A program made the translations under genes and the position numbers. The notes beneath the pieces are model-generated. The model was given only the letters and a program-made list of their open reading frames with translations, was not told the origin of the DNA and made no database searches. From NCBI GenBank assembly GCA_964501035.1, contig CAZCRK010000002.1, forward strand, positions 1 through 64,000: DNA of 64,000 bases, in the 5' to 3' direction. Positions 55,982 to 64,000 of this stretch are shown one piece after another; the first letter of the stretch is position 1, and each line of letters opens with the position of its first letter.

Positions 55982-58588
55982 ATGACAAAATCACCATCTT
56001 TGAAATTATCTTCTAACGAAATTCGCCAGCAATTTATTGATTTTTTTCTTGCTAAAGAACATCAATTTATTCGCAGTTCGTCCGTAGCACCAACTGATGA
56101 CCCCACATTATTATTTACTAACGCAGGAATGAATCAGTTTAAACCTATATTTTTAGATCAAGAAAAGCCTAAAAACACCCGAGCAGTCAATTCTCAAAAA
56201 TGTATTCGTGTGAGCGGAAAACATAATGATTTAGAAGAAGTTGGTGTAGATGATTATCATCACACATTTTTTGAAATGTTAGGAAATTGGTCCTTTGGTA
56301 ATTATTATAAAAAAGAAGCAATCTCTTGGGCATGGGAATTACTCACTGAAGTTTGGAAAATTGATAAAAATCGTCTTTGGGTTACAATTTTCAAAGATGA
56401 TGATGAATCAGGCGAGATTTGGAAACAAGTAACTGATATAAATCCTGAAAGAGTTTTAAAATTTGGGCATAAAGATAATTTCTGGGAAATGGGAGACACT
56501 GGTCCATGTGGCCCATGTACTGAAATTCATTATTACACAGGTGAAAATATTGAAGATCAAGTTCCTGAAGGTGTTAATGTTGAAGCAGAATATCGTGAAA
56601 TTTGGAACTTAGTTTTTATTCAATATAATCGAGATAAAGAAGGTTCCTTACATGATTTGCCTGCAAAACATGTTGATACTGGAGCAGGATTTGAACGATT
56701 AGTTGCAGTACTTAATGGGAAGTCATCTAATTATGATACTGATTTATTTACACCCATCATTCAAAAAATTGAAAATGTATCCAAACAATCTCTAGAATTT
56801 GAAAATGGTGTTCCACATAGAGTCATTGCAGATCATTTACGAATGCTTTCATTTTCAATTGCTGATGGAGCAATGCCAGGGAATGATGGTCGTGGATATG
56901 TACTTCGAAGAGTGTTAAGACGTGCTTGTAGATTCGGCAGAGTGCTAGGAATGCATGAGCCTTTTATCTACACTTTAGTTCAATCTTTAGTTGATATAAT
57001 GGGTGATGCTTATCCCGAGTTAATAGAAAAACAAAAACATATCGAAAAAGTGATTAAAGCAGAAGAAACATCTTTTGGTGAAACCTTAGATAGAGGTTTA
57101 GAAATGTTTGATAAAACAATTTCTCAGTTAAAAGGTGATGTTATTTCTGGAGAAGATGCTTTCAAACTATATGATACCTATGGTTTTCCGTTAGATTTAA
57201 CAGAACTCCTCGCTCGTGAAAATGATTTAACAGTGAATATTGACCAATTTAATTCCTGTATGCAAGACCAAAGAGATAGAGCTAGGTCAGCAGGGAAGTT
57301 TAAAAATGAAGATAATTCGGAAAAGTGGATAGTGGTTAATGATAATAAAAATTCACAGTTTATTGGTTATGAAAGTGAATCAACAGAATCTGAAATTTGT
57401 AAGTATAGATTTAATGAAGATGTTGTTGAAGTAGTTTTAGATAAAACTCCATTTTATGCAGAATCAGGCGGTCAAATTGGTGATGAGGGTGTTTTGAAAG
57501 CAGACGGATTCAAAATGGATATCCTCAATACCGTTAAAATTAATAATTCGATTTGCCATATTGGTAAAATTAATTCTGGGGATGTTGCAAAGCTATCCCA
57601 TGTACAAGCTGAAATTGATACCAATAAACGACAAGCAATCCGACTAAACCATACTGCCACACATTTGTTGCATAAAGCATTAAAAATAGTATTAGGAGAT
57701 CATGTCCACCAGGCTGGATCACTTGTTACTGATGAAAAACTGCGCTTTGATTTAACGCATTTTGAGAAAATCACATCAGAACAATTAATTGATATTGAGA
57801 ATATGGTTAATGATTTGATACGTCAAAATATTGAAATTAAAACTTCAATTCAGGATTATGAAGAAGCTCGAAAAAATGGTGCAGAGGCATTGTTTGGTGA
57901 AAAATACGAAGATAAAGTAAGGGTTGTTGATATTTCTGGGTTTTCACGTGAGTTATGTGGAGGAACACATGCATCTAGAACGGGTGATATTGGATTGTTT
58001 ACAATAACCTCAGAGTCATCTTTAGCTTCAGGTATACGGAGAATTGAAGGAGTAACCGGTTTATTTGCTGAAAAACAAAAAACAACACAATCTAAACTTC
58101 TTGCTTCTTTGCAAAATCAAGTAAAATGCAATTCAAAAGATTTGTTACAGCGTGTTATTGAATTACAAAATGAAAATAAAAAATTAACCAAAGATTTAAA
58201 GGAATTAAAAAAAGAGGGTCAAGGTTCTGTCATCAAATCCATGCTGTCTTCAGCTCAAAAGTATGAAAATGTAAGTTTGATTGTTCAACAAGTAGATGAA
58301 ATTGACGATTTAAAAATATTTGGAGATGAATTCAGAAATTCAATTTCAAAAAAGGGAGTTATATTGATTGGAACCATTCAAAATAATAAACCAATGGTAA
58401 TGTGTGCTGTAACGGATGACCTAACATCAAAAGTAAAAGCAGGGAATATTGTAAGAGAAGTTGGAATGTTTATGGGCGGTGGAGGTGGTGGAAAACCTCA
58501 TCTCGCTACTGCTGGTGGAAAGGATGTTTCAAAACTTAGTGAAGCATTAGAAAATGGGTTACAACTAATTAAATCACAATTGAAATAA
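55982..58588 (+). CDS. alaS: alanine--tRNA ligase
   Basis: DPTLLFTNAGM, HHTFFEMLGN, DTGAGFERL, TPFYAESGGQ, NHTATHLLH, ELCGGTH, GGGGGKP. Confidence 0.97.
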   Translation: MTKSPSLKLSSNEIRQQFIDFFLAKEHQFIRSSSVAPTDDPTLLFTNAGMNQFKPIFLDQEKPKNTRAVNSQKCIRVSGKHNDLEEVGVDDYHHTFFEMLGNWSFGNYYKKEAISWAWELLTEVWKIDKNRLWVTIFKDDDESGEIWKQVTDINPERVLKFGHKDNFWEMGDTGPCGPCTEIHYYTGENIEDQVPEGVNVEAEYREIWNLVFIQYNRDKEGSLHDLPAKHVDTGAGFERLVAVLNGKSSNYDTDLFTPIIQKIENVSKQSLEFENGVPHRVIADHLRMLSFSIADGAMPGNDGRGYVLRRVLRRACRFGRVLGMHEPFIYTLVQSLVDIMGDAYPELIEKQKHIEKVIKAEETSFGETLDRGLEMFDKTISQLKGDVISGEDAFKLYDTYGFPLDLTELLARENDLTVNIDQFNSCMQDQRDRARSAGKFKNEDNSEKWIVVNDNKNSQFIGYESESTESEICKYRFNEDVVEVVLDKTPFYAESGGQIGDEGVLKADGFKMDILNTVKINNSICHIGKINSGDVAKLSHVQAEIDTNKRQAIRLNHTATHLLHKALKIVLGDHVHQAGSLVTDEKLRFDLTHFEKITSEQLIDIENMVNDLIRQNIEIKTSIQDYEEARKNGAEALFGEKYEDKVRVVDISGFSRELCGGTHASRTGDIGLFTITSESSLASGIRRIEGVTGLFAEKQKTTQSKLLASLQNQVKCNSKDLLQRVIELQNENKKLTKDLKELKKEGQGSVIKSMLSSAQKYENVSLIVQQVDEIDDLKIFGDEFRNSISKKGVILIGTIQNNKPMVMCAVTDDLTSKVKAGNIVREVGMFMGGGGGGKPHLATAGGKDVSKLSEALENGLQLIKSQLK

Positions 58589-60042
58589 TGTTTGTAGAAA
58601 CACCAGTTATATTTACAAAATCAAAACCGGGCAAAAAAGGTTATTCATTGCCTAAGACCGACGTTCCAGAGGTGGAATTGTCAAAACATATACCTAAAGA
58701 ACTATTACGTCAAGAAAAAGCTGAGTTACCAGAAGTTTCTGAACCAGAAGTGGTACGACACTTTACTAATTTATCTGTAAAAAACCATCATGTTGATAGA
58801 GATTTCTATCCGTTGGGTTCATGCACAATGAAATACAATCCTAAGGTAAATGAAGTGACATCTGCATTACCTGGTTTTGCACATATTCATCCATTACAGT
58901 CTGAAGAAACTGTGCAGGGTGCATTGCAGTTAATGTATGATTTGGAAACAATGTTGGTTGAAATCACCGGAATGTCTAGAGCAACTCTACAGCCAAGTGC
59001 AGGATCACAGGGCGAGTTTGTGGGAATATTAATGATGAAAAAATACCACGAAAGTAAGGGTGAAGACAGGAAAATTATTATTATTCCAGAAACAGCACAC
59101 GGTACAAATCCAGCAAGTGTTGTTTTGGGTGGGTATGAAACCTGTCAAGTGAAGTCTGATGAACGTGGCCGTGTTGATATTGATGATTTAAAAAGTAAAT
59201 TATCTACAAATGTAGCAGGAATGATGTTGACGCAGCCCAATACATTAGGGTTGTTTGAAGACCGAATAGAAACCATTACAGAATTGGTTCATGGTGTTGG
59301 TGGGCTCATGTACATGGACGGAGCAAATTTAAATGCATTAATTGGCTTAGCCCGACCTGGAGATATGGGATTTGATATAACTCATATAAATTTACACAAA
59401 ACATTTTCTACTCCACACGGAGGCGGGGGACCAGGGTCTGGCCCAATTGCTGTTACTGAAGAGTTAGTTCCATTTTTGCCAGTACCTATGATTCAAAAGC
59501 GAAATGACGGTACATATTATTTAGAGGTTGATAACAAGAGTTCAATTGGTCAACTTCATTCATTTTATGGTAATTTTGGAATTTTAGTAAGAGCATATAC
59601 CTATATTTTAATGATGGGTAAAGATGGATTATCACATATGACTAAAAATGCAATTCTAAATGCAAACTATATAAAACATACACTTCAAGAAAAATATCAT
59701 ATACCATTTTCAGAAGGCACATTACATGAGTTTGTAATTTCTGGCACCAAACAAAAAGAGCGTGGAATTAAAGCACTAGATATTGCAAAATCATTATTGG
59801 ATTATGGATATCATGCACCAACTATTTATTTTCCAATGAATGTTCCAGAGGCCATGATGATTGAACCAACAGAATCTGAAAGTAAAGAAACGCTAGATGA
59901 TTTTATTGATGCTATGCTTGAGATTGATGAAAATTCAATTCTTAATCCTGATGTTTTAAAAGATGCTCCTGTAAATACTGTCGTTAGTCGTATGGATGAA
60001 ACAAAAGCAAATAGAGAATTAGATTTAAGGTGGAAACCGTGA
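58588..60042 (+). CDS. gcvPB: glycine dehydrogenase (decarboxylating) subunit 2
   Basis: YPLGSCTMKYNPK, AHGTNPAS, YMDGANLNA, NLHKTFSTPHGGGGPG, MIEPTESE. Confidence 0.95.
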   Translation: MFVETPVIFTKSKPGKKGYSLPKTDVPEVELSKHIPKELLRQEKAELPEVSEPEVVRHFTNLSVKNHHVDRDFYPLGSCTMKYNPKVNEVTSALPGFAHIHPLQSEETVQGALQLMYDLETMLVEITGMSRATLQPSAGSQGEFVGILMMKKYHESKGEDRKIIIIPETAHGTNPASVVLGGYETCQVKSDERGRVDIDDLKSKLSTNVAGMMLTQPNTLGLFEDRIETITELVHGVGGLMYMDGANLNALIGLARPGDMGFDITHINLHKTFSTPHGGGGPGSGPIAVTEELVPFLPVPMIQKRNDGTYYLEVDNKSSIGQLHSFYGNFGILVRAYTYILMMGKDGLSHMTKNAILNANYIKHTLQEKYHIPFSEGTLHEFVISGTKQKERGIKALDIAKSLLDYGYHAPTIYFPMNVPEAMMIEPTESESKETLDDFIDAMLEIDENSILNPDVLKDAPVNTVVSRMDETKANRELDLRWKP

Positions 60043-60473
60043 ATTATCGAGTAGAGAAAGATAAAATATTTATATCACTTGATCGTGGTGAATTTATCAA
60101 TTTATCGTTAACGGAAGTTGCCAAAAAAGTAGGCCTTAGTGCTGGATGGATTAATGGAATTGGCGCATTAGAAAATGCTGAATTAGGATATTATGATTAT
60201 CCATCTAAAACCTATGTAAAAAAACAATTCTATGATGAATATGAATTGACCAGTTTAAGTGGTAATATTTCAATAAAGGAAAATGAAGTATTTGTTCACA
60301 CACATGTTACGTTAAGTAATAAATCTTTTGAGGTTTTTGGTGGTCATCTCTTTGATGCTCAAATATCAGCTGCGGGTGAATTTGTCATGTATCCCGGATC
60401 AAACGAAATTAATAGAGAATTTAATGATGATATTGGGTTAGCCTTGTGGTGTTTAGGAGAATCTAATGCGTAA
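60030..60473 (+). CDS. PPC/DUF296 domain protein
   Basis: LDRGE, GIGA, YELTSLSGN, HTHV, GGHL. Confidence 0.85.
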   Translation: METVNYRVEKDKIFISLDRGEFINLSLTEVAKKVGLSAGWINGIGALENAELGYYDYPSKTYVKKQFYDEYELTSLSGNISIKENEVFVHTHVTLSNKSFEVFGGHLFDAQISAAGEFVMYPGSNEINREFNDDIGLALWCLGESNA

Positions 60474-60855
60474 AGTTATCTCAACAGACAATTCCCCAAA
60501 AGCTATTGGAACTTATTCTCAGGGTATTCAAATTGACAATCTAGTTTTTACTTCTGGTCAAATTCCTTTACATCCTGAAACAGGAAAGTTAGTACAAAAT
60601 GACTTTAAATCTGAAGTCAATCAAGTTATGCTAAATTTAAAAGGTGTACTTGAAGAAGCCGGAAGTTCTTTAAAAAGTATTGTAAAATGTACCGTGTTCT
60701 TAACAGATTTAACTTTATTTCCTCAACTCAATGAGGTGTTTTCTGAATATTTTATATCTGAACCACCTGCTAGATCTGCAGTTGAAGTTTCAGCACTTCC
60801 ATTAGGGGTTCGTGTAGAAATTGAAGCCATCGCATTAAAGAATAATGATAACTAA
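60466..60855 (+). CDS. ridA: RidA family enamine/imine deaminase
   Basis: PKAIGTYSQG, FTSGQIP, PPARSAVEVSALP..VRVEIEAIA. Confidence 0.9.
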   Translation: MRKVISTDNSPKAIGTYSQGIQIDNLVFTSGQIPLHPETGKLVQNDFKSEVNQVMLNLKGVLEEAGSSLKSIVKCTVFLTDLTLFPQLNEVFSEYFISEPPARSAVEVSALPLGVRVEIEAIALKNNDN

Positions 60856-61216
60856 AATTTTGTCTTTATTTTTAGTTATTTGCTTTGTAACTGGTCAAGA
60901 AACTTTTATTGATTCTTCAAAAGTGAAAAACCCACAGATAGCTTGGAAATTGGGAGCTATCCCTGGAGTCGGTCAATTGTATAACCAAAAATATGGTAAA
61001 AGTGTAGCATTTATTGCTACCCAATCCTATGCGTATAAGCAGTTTGTTACATTTAAAAATGATGGCAATATTTCAAAACGAAATACGTATGCATGGTGGG
61101 TGTTTGGATTATGGGTGTTAAGTATGTTAGATGCTTATGTGGACGCCCAGTTAACTACATTTCCAGTTGAAATAGAAACAGATGAGAGTCAACCAACTCA
61201 CAAAGAGGAGAACTAA
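60845..61216 (+). CDS. hypothetical membrane protein (DUF5683-like)
   Basis: IPGVGQLYN.KY.K, SMLDAYVDAQL. Confidence 0.7.
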   Translation: MITKILSLFLVICFVTGQETFIDSSKVKNPQIAWKLGAIPGVGQLYNQKYGKSVAFIATQSYAYKQFVTFKNDGNISKRNTYAWWVFGLWVLSMLDAYVDAQLTTFPVEIETDESQPTHKEEN

Positions 61217-61222
61217 AATTAT

Positions 61223-62572
61223 ATGTGTGGGATAATTGGTATATATAATAATCCTGAAGCAGCTACCTTGGCGTATATGGGGTTGTACGCACAACAACAT
61301 CGAGGACAAGAAGGTGCAGGGGTTATTTCTTCAGATGGTGAAAAGTTACATCAACATATGGGTCAAGGATTAGTTTCTGATGTATTTTCCGATTCCTCTG
61401 TATTTAATAATTTAGTTGGTGAATATGCCATTGGTCATGTTCGATATTCAACAACTGGGAATTCAAACCCTCAAAATGTTGGACCACTAACGTTTAATTT
61501 AAATGATACACCAATTTCTATTGCTCATAATGGTAATTTGGTAAACTTAAAAGAGACTCGCAAAAAACTCCAAAAATCTGGTGCTTTATTTCAAACAAGC
61601 ACAGATACAGAAATCATTATTCATCTTCTTGCTAGAGAAGAGACTGGAAGCTTAGATCAACGATTAGAAAGAGCATTAAAGCAGGTTGAGGGAGCATTTT
61701 CATTATTATTAATAACACCAGAAGAAATGATAATTGCACGCGACCCTTTAGGGATACGACCTATATGTTATGGAATGTTAGATGATACATATGTCTTTGC
61801 TTCTGAAACGTGTGCTTTGGATTTACTCGGTGCAAAGTATGTTAGAGAAGTTAAACCAGGAGAAATGATTGTTCTAAATAAAGATGGTTTATCATCACGA
61901 CAGTTTGTAGAATCCCAAAAACCAAAACATTGTATTTTTGAATATATTTATTTTTCTCGACCAGATTCAAAAATATTTGGTGAGAGTGTAGATAAAATGC
62001 GTCGAAGGTTTGGGAAAACACTAGCAAGTGAAAGCCCTGCTGAATCAGCAGATATTGTAATATCCGTACCTGATTCCAGTAATACCTGTGCGTTAGGTTA
62101 TTCCTCTAAATCTAATATAAAACACGAGATAGGTTTAATTCGAAATCATTATATTGGTAGAACATTTATTTTTCCTTCACAAAGATTACGTGACATCTCT
62201 GTAAGGTTAAAGTTTAATGCTGTTCAAGGTGTAATTGAAAATAAAGAAGTGGTTATTATTGATGATTCTATTGTCCGTGGAACAACACTTAGAAAATTGG
62301 CAAAACTTTTAAAAGAATCCGGTGTTAAAAAGGTTCATGTTCGGATAAGTTCACCACCTGTTGCAAATCCTTGTTTTTATGGTATGGATTTCCCGACAAA
62401 GGAAGAACTTGCTGCAGGAAATAATTCAATTTCTGAAATTCAAAAAACCTTGGATGTGGAGTCTTTGGGTTACTTAACTTTAGATGGTTTGGTGTTATCG
62501 ACTAAAATGAAAAAAGAAAATTTTTGTACTGCTTGTTTCTCTGGTGATTATCCAATAGATATAAGGAATTAA
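61223..62572 (+). CDS. purF: amidophosphoribosyltransferase
   Basis: N-terminal CGIIG, QHRGQ, GHVRYST, CIFEYIYFSRPDS, DDSIVRGTT, CTACF. Confidence 0.96.
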   Translation: MCGIIGIYNNPEAATLAYMGLYAQQHRGQEGAGVISSDGEKLHQHMGQGLVSDVFSDSSVFNNLVGEYAIGHVRYSTTGNSNPQNVGPLTFNLNDTPISIAHNGNLVNLKETRKKLQKSGALFQTSTDTEIIIHLLAREETGSLDQRLERALKQVEGAFSLLLITPEEMIIARDPLGIRPICYGMLDDTYVFASETCALDLLGAKYVREVKPGEMIVLNKDGLSSRQFVESQKPKHCIFEYIYFSRPDSKIFGESVDKMRRRFGKTLASESPAESADIVISVPDSSNTCALGYSSKSNIKHEIGLIRNHYIGRTFIFPSQRLRDISVRLKFNAVQGVIENKEVVIIDDSIVRGTTLRKLAKLLKESGVKKVHVRISSPPVANPCFYGMDFPTKEELAAGNNSISEIQKTLDVESLGYLTLDGLVLSTKMKKENFCTACFSGDYPIDIRN

Positions 62573-63580
62573 ATGATTAAAAGATTTTTCAAAGAGCATA
62601 CTGTTCATAAAAATATAGTTCCGATATTTGATACATTATTTATACTAAGACCAACTTTGTTTTTCTCCGTGTGGGTTATGATTACAATTGGTATGGCTAC
62701 AGCAACATTGAGTTTTAATCAACATGCAATTTGGTTAACAAATTTACATCTTTCAACCCTGCTAATTTATATTGGTGTTACATGTATTGCAAGTAGTACG
62801 TTTATTCTGAATCAAATTCAGGATAAAGAGGGAGATGAAATAAACAATAAACTCTTTCTAGTTGGCAATTATGTTTCTAAAGATAAAGCTAGCAAAATTA
62901 TGAATACAATTGGACTCTTTGGATTTATTTTATTAGTGGTTTCTGATTGGAAAATTGCAATTTTTGGCATTTTGTTGTATTCTGTATGGGGTGTTTTTTA
63001 TAACTATGAATACTTTTATTGGAAAAGTAAACCTGTTTTAGGTTTAGTTGCCAATATGCTCGCAGGAATTATTTTGTTTATGATTGGTTGGTTGCACATT
63101 TTTCAATGGGATTTTTTCACCAATAAAATTATAAATGAAATGTTAGTTTCTTCTATCCCGTATGTTCTTTCTTTTACATCCGTTTCATTACTCACAACCC
63201 TACCAGATATTGAGGGTGATAAACAAACTGGGGTACGAACATTTCCAATCGTTTTTGGAAACAAGACAACAGTGTTTCTATCAACAATTTTAGTGGCTGT
63301 ATCCATTTATACTGCGTTGATAAATCAAGACCCAATTGCTTCAACAGCAACAATTGTATCGTTTCCATTTTTTCTTTTTGCTTTGTTAAGAGGTTTAGAA
63401 AAAGATATTCTGCGTGCAATTAGATATCCTATATTTATTCTAAATTTCTTTGTTATGGTTGTTTATCCTTGGCTGTTTCCAGCCGTTTTTATTGTATTTT
63501 ATTTGAGTAAATATTATTATTGGCATCGATTTGATTTACATTATCCAACCTTTATAGTAGAACATGATCACGATACGTAA
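62573..63580 (+). CDS. UbiA-family prenyltransferase (divergent)
   Basis: Multi-TM; NQIQDKEGD.IN and TTLPDIEGDK..GVRTFP Asp-rich motifs. Confidence 0.85.
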   Translation: MIKRFFKEHTVHKNIVPIFDTLFILRPTLFFSVWVMITIGMATATLSFNQHAIWLTNLHLSTLLIYIGVTCIASSTFILNQIQDKEGDEINNKLFLVGNYVSKDKASKIMNTIGLFGFILLVVSDWKIAIFGILLYSVWGVFYNYEYFYWKSKPVLGLVANMLAGIILFMIGWLHIFQWDFFTNKIINEMLVSSIPYVLSFTSVSLLTTLPDIEGDKQTGVRTFPIVFGNKTTVFLSTILVAVSIYTALINQDPIASTATIVSFPFFLFALLRGLEKDILRAIRYPIFILNFFVMVVYPWLFPAVFIVFYLSKYYYWHRFDLHYPTFIVEHDHDT

Positions 63581-63743
63581 AGATAGATGTGATTTTTGCG
63601 GTACTTGTGTTGCAGTATGTCCTGAAAATTGTATAGAAGTTCGAGAAGCCTCAATACACATTTATCATTCAGAATGTATTGATTGTGATTTATGTGTAGA
63701 AATATGTCCCATCACTGTTTTGGAATCAGTAAATGAAAAATAG
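63564..63743 (+). CDS. 2[4Fe-4S] ferredoxin, 59 aa (absent from the ORF track)
   Basis: MITIRKDRCDFCGTCVAVCPENCI...ECIDCDLCVEICPI: two CxxCxxCxxxCP motifs; overlaps both neighbours. Confidence 0.93.
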   Translation: MITIRKDRCDFCGTCVAVCPENCIEVREASIHIYHSECIDCDLCVEICPITVLESVNEK

Positions 63744-64000
63744 TTATGATATTATAGTAGTTGGTGGTGGCCCTGCAGGATCGATGGCAGCTTGGGAAAT
63801 TGCAAAAACCGGACTGTCAGTTTGTTTACTAGAAAAGGATAGAGATATTGGATATCCTGTTCGATGTGGGGAAGCAGTTGCTCATAATGGTTTGGCACAA
63901 TTTGTTGAACCAAAAGAAAAGTGGATTGCAGCTACAATTGATAAATTTAGATTGGTTTCACCAAATGGGACTAAAATTGATGCCAATCTCACAAATGAAA
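63733..64000 (+). CDS. geranylgeranyl reductase family FAD oxidoreductase (partial, runs off the window)
   Basis: MKNSYDIIVVGGGPAGSMAAWEIAKTGLSVCLLEKDRDIGYPVRCGEAV...EPKEKWIA...SPNG. Confidence 0.88.
   Translation, partial: MKNSYDIIVVGGGPAGSMAAWEIAKTGLSVCLLEKDRDIGYPVRCGEAVAHNGLAQFVEPKEKWIAATIDKFRLVSPNGTKIDANLTNE

Overview
AT-rich bacterial scaffold in the standard genetic code with one 10-N gap. Gene content (T9SS/FlgD-type C-terminal domain, dockerin-tagged secreted proteins, LapA/LapB) suggests an FCB-superphylum organism, probably Marinimicrobia-like; this is inference. Most of the window is housekeeping: queE/queC, class V aminotransferase-serA, miaB-lapA-lapB-SPOR, tRNA-Sec, msrB, pepF, nth, hsp20, malic enzyme, hemW, cstA, tkt, alaS, gcvPB, purF. 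Five regions stand out. (1) A 9-kb minus-strand operon (14687-23620) joins a citrate-lyase-like complex (ACP-lyase fusion plus CoA transferase) with a degenerate HD protein, a fungal Lys4-like homoaconitase, a homoisocitrate-dehydrogenase-like enzyme with an NADP-type signature and a second fused aconitase, with no homocitrate synthase: a candidate 'homocitrate lyase' pathway. (2) Two passenger genes bracketed by 9-nt-period inverted repeats are inserted between genes of that operon. (3) Dockerin-tagged secreted proteins (C10 and C25 cysteine peptidases, an FG-GAP protein) cluster around a beta-propeller/pentaheme cytochrome lipoprotein pair. (4) A repeat-rich accessory patch lies at 43.4-45.0 kb. 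(5) A UbiA prenyltransferase-ferredoxin-geranylgeranyl reductase trio at the right edge resembles archaeal lipid genes. All family assignments come from motif recognition by eye; no searches were run.
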